64,000 bases of DNA, taken from assembly GCA_963923455.1 (NCBI GenBank), contig CAWULT010000001.1:65677-129676 (forward strand). The letters run 5' to 3'. Positions 1 to 8,558 of this stretch are shown here, in pieces (the stretch's first letter is position 1; each line of letters starts with the position of its first letter). The notes beneath the pieces are model-generated. The model was not told where the DNA came from and did no database searches. It was given only the letters and a program-made list of their open reading frames with translations. Source of the DNA: an uncultured bacterium. GTDB lineage: Bacteria; Acidobacteriota; Vicinamibacteria; Vicinamibacterales; UBA2999. The position numbers and the translations under genes were made by a program.

Positions 1-588
1 CTGACGATTCTTCGAAAACGCCCCCGGGCCAATCTCCATCCAACGCCCGCACTCCACGCAGGGCCGTAGTTCGCCATCGCGCCGGACAAGGTCGCCGCAC
101 GCGATCCACAGCGCCTGCGCCAATGTCGAGGCCCGCGGGTGCCAGCCGTCTAGCTGGAGCTGCCACTGCACGCGCGGGTCCCCACCCACCTGCGTGGTGA
201 CTTCGGCAAGCTGGACCAGTCGCGGGTCTTCCCGCGGATCGGTCGGTCGTCCACCCCGGGCACGCGCGTCTTGCCACGTCTGGACACACGTCCGAAGTGC
301 CGTCAGGGTCTCCAGCCAGCGCGACACCGGCTCCGCCATCGCCGGGGCCGGATAGGCGTCCACCTCGGCATAGGACTCAGGACCACCGAGCCACCCCCAC
401 CGAAGGGCCAGTTGCCACACGGTCTCGGGCGTCGGGGCGTGTGTCAGGGCCTCCAGTAACACCTCGGGGGGAAGCGGGTCCGGTCGATGAGGCACCACAT
501 GTCCGGGCACCGCCACGAGCACAAGGTGGGGGACGGTGTCTTCACGGCGACGACCCATCGAGAGGCTTAGCGGAGCGCGGGAGACCAT
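1..588 (-). CDS. Hypothetical protein with C-terminal CxxC zinc-finger start (CGNR-zinc-finger-like), 3'-truncated by the window edge
   Basis: Hand translation: open frame from ATG 588 (or ATG 558) to base 1, MGRRREDTVPH...ALWIACGDLVRRDGELRPCVECGRWMEIGPGAFSKNRQ. Absent from the ORF track because no stop lies in the window. Confidence 0.7.
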   Translation of the reverse strand, partial: MVSRAPLSLSMGRRREDTVPHLVLVAVPGHVVPHRPDPLPPEVLLEALTHAPTPETVWQLALRWGWLGGPESYAEVDAYPAPAMAEPVSRWLETLTALRTCVQTWQDARARGGRPTDPREDPRLVQLAEVTTQVGGDPRVQWQLQLDGWHPRASTLAQALWIACGDLVRRDGELRPCVECGRWMEIGPGAFSKNRQ

Positions 589-812
589 AGCGGGCCTACA
601 GATGGAAGCATGGACGACGAGTCACTGATACCACTCGTCGCAAGGATAGCTGAAATACAAGAACCAGAATAAGTAATATTCTAGTTCATGAATACGTATA
701 TTTAGTTCGTATTCAAATCGCATCAAATCCTGTGACATTCCATTACAAGGACGTTTTTATAGGCATTATGGCTTCATTTCGGCGGCTTTTATCAAAAACA
801 TGTAGTTAACGG

Positions 813-841
813 TTGACACAGAAACCGTTTTATGTTTTAAT
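813..841 (+). promoter_or_regulatory. Sigma70-type promoter for xis-int, overlapped by inverted repeats
   Basis: TTGACA (813-818), 17-nt spacer, TGn-TTTAAT (836-841); AACGGTT (808-814)/AACCGTT (823-829) and AAAACAT (795-801)/ATGTTTT (832-838) inverted repeats. Confidence 0.7.
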
Positions 842-959
842 CTGGTTACGGTGATGATTCAACAAATCGCTCCGCTTCATCAACGCGCCGCGCGGCCTGC
901 ACCAACCTAATTCTGGGTCTGGGTGGGACGCCGGCAACGCTAATTGAAAGGTGTTCTCT

Positions 960-1166
960 ATGCCGTCTTCTCGCCCAGTGCTCTTAACCATTCCCGAGGT
1001 CGCGCTCCTGCTGCGCCAATCGGTCTCCGCGCTTTACAAAATGATTCAACGCCACCAATTGCCGGGGGTTGTTCGCCTCGGGCGCCGGCTCCGGGTCGAT
1101 CAAGGCACCTTGGTCGACTGGCTCGACCAGAACCGGGCGGCCTCACCGATCGGAGGTCAGCGATGA
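960..1166 (+). CDS. Excisionase-like helix-turn-helix protein (HTH_17/Xis)
   Basis: LLTIPEVALLLRQSVSALYKMIQRHQLPGVVRLGRRLRV pattern; 68 aa; stop overlaps the integrase ATG (ATGA); GAAAGG RBS-like sequence upstream. Confidence 0.85.
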   Translation: MPSSRPVLLTIPEVALLLRQSVSALYKMIQRHQLPGVVRLGRRLRVDQGTLVDWLDQNRAASPIGGQR

Positions 1167-2290
1167 GCGTCACAGTGCGCCCCTTTCGAACCGGAGGACT
1201 TCAAGTACGCATCAACGTCCGGCTGGCGACAGGTCGGCGGTACGAGGAAAAAAAGGTGATGCGGGTCAGCAAGTCTGTCGCTCAGCGCTGGGGTGAGCAA
1301 CGCGAGCGATACCTGCTGGTCCACGGCTTACCTGCCCCCAAGAAGGAGGTGCCGACACTGAACGAGTTTGCGCCGCGCTTCATGGACGGCTATGCCCGCG
1401 CCAATCGCCAGAAGCCCAGTGGTATCGCCGCCAAGGAGACGATCCTGCGCCACCATCTGCTTCCAGCCTTTGGCGGGAAGCGTCTTGATGCGATCACGGA
1501 CGAAGCTGTCCAGCAATTGAAGCATCGCTTGGCAGACAAGGCGCCGAAGACGGTCAACAACGTGGTGACCGTCTTGAACGTCCTTTTAAAGACCGCGGTG
1601 GAGTGGAAGACGCTCGCACAACTGCCCTGTACGATTCGGCTGCTGCCAGTACCCATCACCCCGGCACAGTTCCACGACTTCCCGGATTACGACCGGTTAG
1701 CGGAGGCCGCCAAGCGACTTGGCCCGACCTCCTATCTTGTCGTGTTGCTCGGCGGAGATGCCGGACTTCGGCTGGGGGAAATCATGGCGCTTGAATGGCA
1801 GGACATCGACTTTCAGCGTCAGCAGATCTGCGTGCAGCAGTCTGAGTGGAAAGGTGAGGTCACCACACCCAAAGGAGGACGACTGCGGTACGTGCCGATG
1901 ACGAGCCGGCTCAGTGCGGCGCTCCAGACCCATCGCCACCTTGCCGGCCCCCGGGTGCTGGTGCGCGAGGGGGGACGACCGTTGACGATGAAGATCATTC
2001 AGAACCATGCCGCCGAGGCCGCGAAAGCAGCCGGGGTCAAGCACGGGGTCCACATCCTCCGCCACACGTTCTGCTCGCATTTGGCGATGGGCGGCGTGCC
2101 AGCGCGGGCGATTCAGGAACTCGCGGGACATCGGGACCTGAGAACAACCCAGCGCTATATGCACCTCAGCCCAGCGGCCATCGACGGGGCGATTGGCCGT
2201 CTGGACAGCGCGCGCCTCGAGGCGCGGCGTGGAAACAGTGTGGAGACGAGCCAGTCAGAGACAGGCAAGTCCTTGTATTGCAACACTTAG
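1163..2290 (+). CDS. Tyrosine recombinase/integrase
   Basis: Catalytic set intact: GLRLGE (R), TPKGG (K), HILRH (HxxR), LAGH (H), TQRYMH (Y); GGAGG RBS at 1152-1156 supports ATG 1163. Confidence 0.95.
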   Translation: MSVTVRPFRTGGLQVRINVRLATGRRYEEKKVMRVSKSVAQRWGEQRERYLLVHGLPAPKKEVPTLNEFAPRFMDGYARANRQKPSGIAAKETILRHHLLPAFGGKRLDAITDEAVQQLKHRLADKAPKTVNNVVTVLNVLLKTAVEWKTLAQLPCTIRLLPVPITPAQFHDFPDYDRLAEAAKRLGPTSYLVVLLGGDAGLRLGEIMALEWQDIDFQRQQICVQQSEWKGEVTTPKGGRLRYVPMTSRLSAALQTHRHLAGPRVLVREGGRPLTMKIIQNHAAEAAKAAGVKHGVHILRHTFCSHLAMGGVPARAIQELAGHRDLRTTQRYMHLSPAAIDGAIGRLDSARLEARRGNSVETSQSETGKSLYCNT

Positions 2291-2291
2291 A

Positions 2292-2646
2292 TGGTGGAGG
2301 CGGCGGGAGTTGAACCCGCGTCCGAAAGCCCGTCGTCGTGGGACTCTACATGCGTGTCCGCTTCTGAATTCTCGTGCCCGGCGTGAGGAAGCGGCGAAAA
2401 ACCGCCGGACACCAGACCCGGTAAATCTCACCCCCGAGCGCCGAGCCGCCACCCGTGAGCCAGCCTGCTTAATGACGTTCGACCCCCAACCACCAGGCGA
2501 GGCCAGGGCGAACGCTCACAGTGTATTAGGCTGCGAGAGCGTACTGATTGTCCGCAGTTAACGGATGTTCCATCGGATTAACGAGTCAATGGAGCTCGGC
2601 ATGCATCCCGCGATCTCGAACCCCCGTCGAAGCCAGATTCGCCCCC
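2292..2646 (-). ncRNA. ssrA: tmRNA; tag reading frame ADNQYALAA* (2526-2555)
   Basis: 5' GGGGGCGAATCTGGCTTCGACGGGG and 3' GACGCGGGTTCAACTCCCGCCGCCTCCACCA tRNA-Ala-like ends; resume codon GCG after TTAACT; tag ends YALAA. Confidence 0.97.
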
Positions 2647-2763
2647 TTCGGGTGAGCTGATCGTCCAGCGGGTAACGCTCGATACACCGTCTGGATGCAT
2701 CCATTGTACGGCATCCGCGCCGGAGGTAAAGGGATGACGCCTGCGGACCCGTATAATCAGAAC

Positions 2764-5127
2764 GTGCCAGCCATGACGGCCCGCGTCTCGAGGCATCGGC
2801 GTAACGTGTCGCGCCGCTTGGCTTTGTACGCCACCGGTGCCGCGGCGGTGGCCCTCCTCGGCACGGCTTCGCTGCGCGCTGGCCAAGCTCAGCCCGGTGG
2901 GGCCGCCCTCGGGCCGGCGCCGACCTTCCTCGTTTCGACCCAGCACCCGCCGCTGCCGAGTGAGCCGTCGCTCTATTGGCTCGTGCCGGATGCGGCGTAC
3001 CGTCCCGGCGGCGCACGCCGGCCGGTGGACGCGGCCATGCGGCGGCTCGCCCAGGGAGCCCAGCTCATCAACAAAGGGCAGTTCGCAGCCGGGCTGCCGT
3101 TCGTCTCCGCGCGGGACCTCGGCGGCTCCCCGCTGGCCGACTACGCGCGCTATTACACGGGCCTCGCACAGGCCGGCCTGGGGCGGCAGCAGGAGGCGCT
3201 CGCGACGTTCGCGTCGCTGGCCACGCGAGCCCTCGACGGCGTACTGAAGGAGCAGGTGGCGCTGCGGCTGGCCGAGGCGGCCCTGGCGGTGCAGGATCCG
3301 CTGCGCGCCGAGCGGGTGCTCGTCGCCCTGACCGAGGAGACGCTGTCGAGTCCCGAAGACGTCTGGCTGCAGCGCGCCCGGATCGAGAACGCGGTGGGGC
3401 ACACCGAACACGCCCTCGAATCGTTCCGGCGGATCTACTACGACTTCCCGTTGAGTGCGCAGGCGATGACCGCGCGCGACAACATCCTGCGGCTGCAGCC
3501 AGCCGATCAGCCCCTGGGTGACCTCGTCTCGCGAGACCTTGCGCGCGCGGAGCGGTTGTTCGCGGCCCGGCGCTGGAGCGAGGCGCGTGATGCCTTCCGC
3601 GCCCTGAGCGATGTCACCGCCGCCGACGGCCGGGAACTCATCGCACTGCGGCTGGCCGAGTGCCAGCACTACCTCGGCGACCGGCGGGGCGCGCGGGAGG
3701 CGCTCCGGCCGCTGCTCACGAGCCCCGGGCGGGGCGTCGAGGCCCGGTACTTCTACCTGACGGCCACGCGGCTGCTCGGCGACCGCACCACCTACGAGCA
3801 GCTGGCCAATCAGCTGATCGCAGACGCACCGGACAGTCCGTGGGTCGAGCGTGCGCTCGACGAACTGGCCACGCACTACATCACGGCGGACCAGGACGAG
3901 CAGGCCGACCGGGCGTTCCGCGACCTGCTGCGGCTGTTCCCGCGGAGCCGTCTGTCCGAGCGCGCGGCCTGGAAGGTAGGCTGGACGGCCTATCGCGGGC
4001 TGCGCTTCGACGAGGCCGCCGACGTCTTCGACCAGGCGGCGGGGCAGTTCCCGCGGTCCGATTACCGGCCGTCGTGGATCTACTGGTCGGGCCGGGCGCG
4101 CGATCGGCTGGGCGATCGTGTGACGGCGAGCGCGCGCTATCGCCTGGCGGTCGTCGACTACCAGAACTCGTACTACGGGCGGCTGGCCGCGAAGCTCCTG
4201 GCGGATCGGGGCGAGGCGGCGGTCACGAGCCGGATCACCGCGGCCGGCCCCGGGGCCGCCCTGTCGGCGGTCGTCTCGACGAGCGGGATCATCCGGGAAC
4301 TCGTCCTGGCGCAGATGTACGACGACGCGCTGCGCGAGGTGCAGTATGCGCAGCGGGTCTTCGGCGACACGCCGCAGCTGCAGGCCACGTCCGCCTGGAT
4401 CCGCCACCAACAGGGCTTGACGCTGACGGCGGAGGAGCGCTTCGCGGCGCTCCGGGGCGCCATCACGACGATGCGGCGCGCGTATCCGCAGTTCATGGCC
4501 GCCGGCGGGGAAGGGCTGCCGCCCGACGTGCTGCGCATCATCTTCCCGCTCGACTACTGGCCGCTCATCACGAAGTATTCGGAGCAGCACGGGCTCGACC
4601 CGTATCTCATCGCGGCGCTGATGGCGCAGGAGTCGACGTTCACCGCCGAGATCCGGTCGCACGCCAACGCGTACGGGTTGATGCAGATCATGCCGGCTAC
4701 CGGGCGGCGCTACGCGAAGAAGCTCGGCATCCGGCCGTTCACCACGGCGATGCTGCGTCAGCCCGAGGTCAACGTCCGGATAGGGACGGAGTACTTCAAG
4801 GATCTCATCGACCGCTTCGGCGGCGCGCACTTCGCGCTGGCCAGCTACAACGCCGGCGAGAGCCGCGTGGACCGCTGGACCGCGGAGCGCCCCGGCCTTC
4901 CGCAGGACGAGTTCATCGACGACATTCCGTTCCCGGAAACGCAGGGCTACGTGAAGCGCATCCTCGGCACGGCCGAGGACTACCGGTACCTGTACGGGCA
5001 GGGAAGGCTCGATCCGAACCTGGCCCCCACGTCGCTCCTGGCCGCCGCGGGGGCATCGCCCCCGGCCGTGGCCGAACCGGTGCGCAAGGCGCCGGCGCGC
5101 CGCCCCGCCGTCCGCCGCCGTCGCTGA
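2764..5127 (+). CDS. Soluble lytic murein transglycosylase (Slt70-like, TPR superhelix + SLT domain)
   Basis: AQES catalytic Glu, GLMQ, ASYNAG, IPFPETQGYV motifs; signal peptide; in-frame GTG 2764 lies 6 nt after TATAAT (start uncertain; ATG 2773 alternative). Confidence 0.9.
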   Translation: MPAMTARVSRHRRNVSRRLALYATGAAAVALLGTASLRAGQAQPGGAALGPAPTFLVSTQHPPLPSEPSLYWLVPDAAYRPGGARRPVDAAMRRLAQGAQLINKGQFAAGLPFVSARDLGGSPLADYARYYTGLAQAGLGRQQEALATFASLATRALDGVLKEQVALRLAEAALAVQDPLRAERVLVALTEETLSSPEDVWLQRARIENAVGHTEHALESFRRIYYDFPLSAQAMTARDNILRLQPADQPLGDLVSRDLARAERLFAARRWSEARDAFRALSDVTAADGRELIALRLAECQHYLGDRRGAREALRPLLTSPGRGVEARYFYLTATRLLGDRTTYEQLANQLIADAPDSPWVERALDELATHYITADQDEQADRAFRDLLRLFPRSRLSERAAWKVGWTAYRGLRFDEAADVFDQAAGQFPRSDYRPSWIYWSGRARDRLGDRVTASARYRLAVVDYQNSYYGRLAAKLLADRGEAAVTSRITAAGPGAALSAVVSTSGIIRELVLAQMYDDALREVQYAQRVFGDTPQLQATSAWIRHQQGLTLTAEERFAALRGAITTMRRAYPQFMAAGGEGLPPDVLRIIFPLDYWPLITKYSEQHGLDPYLIAALMAQESTFTAEIRSHANAYGLMQIMPATGRRYAKKLGIRPFTTAMLRQPEVNVRIGTEYFKDLIDRFGGAHFALASYNAGESRVDRWTAERPGLPQDEFIDDIPFPETQGYVKRILGTAEDYRYLYGQGRLDPNLAPTSLLAAAGASPPAVAEPVRKAPARRPAVRRRR

Positions 5128-5131
5128 CCGC

Positions 5132-5881
5132 ATGGACCGGCGGCTGGAGCTGACCCATCTCGCGCACGCGAGGCACTTCTGGTTCGCCGGGTTTCGAGAC
5201 TACGTGTCGCCCGTCCTGGCCGGCGTGGCCGGCGGGCGCCGGGATCTGCGCCTGCTCGACTGCGGATGCGGCGCCGGCCACAATCTCCCGATGCTCGCCC
5301 CGTACGGACGGGTGTTCGGCTTCGACCTGTCCGCGGGCGGGCTCGAAATCGCGCGTGCGGCCGGCCGGCCGCTCGTGCGCGCCGACGCCACGCGGATCCC
5401 GTTCGCGTCAGGGCAGTTCGACGTGGTGACGGCGTTCGACGTGGCGCAGTGCCTGCCGGACGATCGCACCGCGGTCCGCGAAATGGCCCGGGTGCTGCGG
5501 CCGGGTGGGGCGCTGGTGATGACGATGGCGGCGCTGGAATGGCTGCGGGGCGACCATTCCGTGGTCTGGGAGGAGGCCAGGCGCTACACGCCGGCGCTGG
5601 CGAGGCAACTGGGGGCGCAGGCCGGGCTCGAGGTCGAGCGGGTGTCCTTCATGTTCGCGACGCTCGTGCCCCTGATGTTGCCGGTCCGGCTGCTGCAGCG
5701 GGCCCTGCGGCCCTGGCGGGGCGTGCGTGACGATTCCGACATCGGGGTGCCGTCCGCGCCGGTCAATGCCGTGCTGACGGCCATGGTGCGGGCCGAAGCC
5801 GCGGCGTCAGCCCTGGTGCCGCTGCCGTTCGGGTCGTCCCTGCTGGTCGTGGCCAGGAAGCCGGGGCGCGCCCGAGGCTGA
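5132..5881 (+). CDS. Class I SAM-dependent methyltransferase
   Basis: LLDCGCGAG motif I, DATRIPF...FDVV, RVLRPGG. Confidence 0.88.
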   Translation: MDRRLELTHLAHARHFWFAGFRDYVSPVLAGVAGGRRDLRLLDCGCGAGHNLPMLAPYGRVFGFDLSAGGLEIARAAGRPLVRADATRIPFASGQFDVVTAFDVAQCLPDDRTAVREMARVLRPGGALVMTMAALEWLRGDHSVVWEEARRYTPALARQLGAQAGLEVERVSFMFATLVPLMLPVRLLQRALRPWRGVRDDSDIGVPSAPVNAVLTAMVRAEAAASALVPLPFGSSLLVVARKPGRARG

Positions 5882-5904
5882 GCGCGCCCGTCCGGAGCCG
5901 CCGG

Positions 5905-6741
5905 TCAGAAGCGAACCATGCCCCCGAAGTAGGGGCCCTTCATCTCGAGATCGCCGGTGTCGTCGTCCACGACGTAGTCGGCCGTCAACGACCGGTAGCC
6001 GCCCTGGATGCCGAAGAAGCGGGTGATGCTCACCGTGGCGTAGATGTCGATGTTGCGCAGGTTGGCGTCGACGTTGTCGGCCGAGAAGAGCTTGTCGGCC
6101 AGGAAGCCCGGCACCTTGAACCCGGTGATCTCGCCCGTCACCGACACGTTCCGGTGCGGGTACACCCGGGCCACCACGCCGAAGGCCGGGACTGGCGCCT
6201 TGACCTCCGACAGGGACGACACCGTCGTGCCGTTGCTCGTCGCGCTGAGGTTGGCTCTCAGCCTGTTGTACCGGAACTCGGTGATGAAGCCGAAGTAGCC
6301 GCGCGGCCGCGAGATGAAGTCGTTCTCGTAGCCGATCGTCCACGTGTCCCACTCGAGGTCGGCCGTGGCGTTGGCGGAGACGTTGAAGGTGCGGCCGCCG
6401 AACGTGATCGTGCGCTGCAGCAGCGCCGACTCCTGATAGCGGAACGGCAGCTTGGCAAAGCGCAGCTTGCTGCGTCCACCCTTCAGCACCGCACGGAACT
6501 CCGTGAAGCGCTTGTTCTCGATTCCAAACTCCTGCACGAAGTCCACGCCGGTGGGCGAGACCGCGGCCAGGCCGTCGGATCCGATCACGATGCCGGGTGT
6601 CGGCGACCAGAACATGCCCGCGAGCTCGAGGTGGAAGTTCTCGCCGGGCACGGTCTGCCGCGCGGCGAACTGGGCGTCGGCGCGACCGGTGAACAGGGCG
6701 GCCAGGACGAGGCAGACGGGGACCACGATACGAATGCGCAT
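5905..6741 (-). CDS. Putative outer-membrane beta-barrel protein
   Basis: Signal peptide ending ADA, alternating amphipathic strands, C-terminal GPYFGGMVRF. Confidence 0.7.
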   Translation of the reverse strand: MRIRIVVPVCLVLAALFTGRADAQFAARQTVPGENFHLELAGMFWSPTPGIVIGSDGLAAVSPTGVDFVQEFGIENKRFTEFRAVLKGGRSKLRFAKLPFRYQESALLQRTITFGGRTFNVSANATADLEWDTWTIGYENDFISRPRGYFGFITEFRYNRLRANLSATSNGTTVSSLSEVKAPVPAFGVVARVYPHRNVSVTGEITGFKVPGFLADKLFSADNVDANLRNIDIYATVSITRFFGIQGGYRSLTADYVVDDDTGDLEMKGPYFGGMVRF

Positions 6742-6809
6742 AGCTCGGGTATCGGCGGGGGAGGGTTCCGGCATTATACGTGGCTGCCCGCCCTTCTATA
6801 CTGGAGCTG

Positions 6810-8558
6810 GTGTCTCCCGCTCGCCGCCTGCTCGTCCACCTCGCCCGGCATCGCCGGGCCTTTCTGAAAGGCCTGGCCTGCATCGTCGGGTCGACGGCCT
6901 TCACCCTGGCGGGGCCGTGGGTGTTGCGATATGCCGTCGACGACCTGGCCGCCCACGCGACGGCCGGGAAGGTGCAGGGGTACGCCGCGGGCCTGCTGCT
7001 GCTGGCGGCCATGGCCGGGTGGTTCCGCTTCCTGACCCGCCGCATCATCGTCGGGGCGTCGCGCGACTTCGAGTACGAGCTGCGGAACGCGTTCTTCGGC
7101 CACCTGCTGCGGCTCGACGCGGCGTACTTCCAGCGGCATCGGACCGGCGACCTGATGTCGCGCGCGACCAACGATCTGGGCGCCGTGCGGATGATGATGG
7201 GCCCGGCCGTGATGTACGCGGCCGGCACCGGCCTGACGTTCGTGGCCGGCGTCGTGCTGATGGTGCGGATCGACCCGTGGCTCACCGCGGTCGCGCTGAT
7301 CCCGCTCCCGTTCGTGTCGATCTTCGTCCGCTACTTCGGCCGCAAGGTGCACGACCGGTTCGAGGAGATCCAGGCCCAGTTCTCCCACGTCAGCGCGATG
7401 AGCCAGGAGGCGCTCGCCGGGGTGCGCGTCGTGCGCGCGTACCGGCAGGAGGCCGTCGAGGTGGCGCGGTTCCGGGCCGCGAACGAGGAGTACGTCCGCC
7501 GCAACCGAAGGCTGATCCTGCTGCAGGGATTCTACTTCCCGAGCATGGGCTTCCTGATGGGCATCGGCGCGCTGCTCGTGCTGTGGCTGGGCAGCCGCGA
7601 GGTCGTCGCGGCGCGCCTCACGGTGGGAGAGCTGGTGGCCTTCAACGCCTACCTCGTGATGATGGCCTGGCCGATGATCGCGTTCGGCTGGGTCAGTAAC
7701 CTCCTGCAGCGGGGCCTGGCGTCGTGGAAGCGGATGCTCGAGGTGCTCGACGCGGTGCCGCAGGTGGCCGACCCGCCGTCGCCGGTGGCCCTCGAACCGG
7801 CGCAGGTGCGTGGCGCGATCGAGTTCAGGCATCTCAGCTTCCGGTTCGGCGACCGGGAGGTCCTGCACGACGTCAGCGTCACGATTCCTGCCGGGACGAC
7901 CACCGCGATTGTCGGCGGCACGGGGTCCGGCAAGTCGACGCTGCTGGCCTGCCTGACCCGCCTGCAGGACCCGCCTCCGGGGACCGTGTTCGTGGACGGC
8001 CACGACGTCCGGACGCTGCGGCTGGCCGTGCTGCGCGAGGCCGTCGGCATGGTGCCCCAGGAGCCGTTCCTGTTCAGCGCGACGCTCGCCGAGAACATCG
8101 CGTTCGGTGCGCGCAGCGGGCAGGACGGCCCGGCGCGGATCGCAGAGGCGTCGGCCGTGGCGCGGCTCGACGTCGACGTGGCGACCTTCCCCAACGGTTA
8201 CGAGACGGTGGTCGGGGAGCGCGGCATCACGCTGTCGGGCGGCCAGAAGCAGCGCACCGCCATCGCGCGTGCGCTCGTGCTGGACCCGCGGATTCTCGTC
8301 CTCGACGACTCCCTCTCGGCCGTCGATACGCACACCGAAGAGGAGATTCTCCGCCGGCTGTCCGTCGTGATGCGGCAGCGGACGTCCATCATCGTGTCAC
8401 ACCGGGTGTCGACGGTGCGCCACGCGGATCAGATCCTGGTGCTCGACGACGGGCGGCTCGTCGAGCGCGGCACGCACGACGAGCTGGTCCGCCGGAACGG
8501 CATCTACGCCGACCTGGACCGGCACCAGCGCCTCGAGGCGGAGCTGGCGGCGTCATGA
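6810..8558 (+). CDS. ABC exporter permease/ATPase, heterodimer subunit A (MdlA/YheI-like)
   Basis: TM domain, Walker A GGTGSGKS, LSGGQKQR, degenerate Walker B VLDDS. Confidence 0.92.
   Translation: MSPARRLLVHLARHRRAFLKGLACIVGSTAFTLAGPWVLRYAVDDLAAHATAGKVQGYAAGLLLLAAMAGWFRFLTRRIIVGASRDFEYELRNAFFGHLLRLDAAYFQRHRTGDLMSRATNDLGAVRMMMGPAVMYAAGTGLTFVAGVVLMVRIDPWLTAVALIPLPFVSIFVRYFGRKVHDRFEEIQAQFSHVSAMSQEALAGVRVVRAYRQEAVEVARFRAANEEYVRRNRRLILLQGFYFPSMGFLMGIGALLVLWLGSREVVAARLTVGELVAFNAYLVMMAWPMIAFGWVSNLLQRGLASWKRMLEVLDAVPQVADPPSPVALEPAQVRGAIEFRHLSFRFGDREVLHDVSVTIPAGTTTAIVGGTGSGKSTLLACLTRLQDPPPGTVFVDGHDVRTLRLAVLREAVGMVPQEPFLFSATLAENIAFGARSGQDGPARIAEASAVARLDVDVATFPNGYETVVGERGITLSGGQKQRTAIARALVLDPRILVLDDSLSAVDTHTEEEILRRLSVVMRQRTSIIVSHRVSTVRHADQILVLDDGRLVERGTHDELVRRNGIYADLDRHQRLEAELAAS

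Larger units (their letters stand above)
1..2291. mobile_element. Right end of an integrative element (prophage/satellite/ICE-like) inserted at the 3' end of ssrA; continues beyond the left window edge
   Basis: xis-int pair whose stop codon (2288-2290) abuts the tmRNA CCA end (2292); visibly lower GC than the flanking core genes, with an AT-rich block at about 640-860. ssrA is an established integration hotspot. Confidence 0.85.

Noticed and set aside
271-590. Plus-strand ORFs 271-459 and 297-590
   Set aside because: Pro/Arg-rich shadows of the minus-strand zinc-finger frame.
944-1162. N-terminal extension of the integrase from TTG 944 (448-aa ORF)
   Set aside because: It overlaps xis entirely; ATG 1163 has a GGAGG RBS and ATGA coupling.
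2193-2561. ORFs overlapping 2193-2561
   Set aside because: They lie over the tmRNA; WWRRRELNPRP is the typical antisense translation of a tmRNA end.
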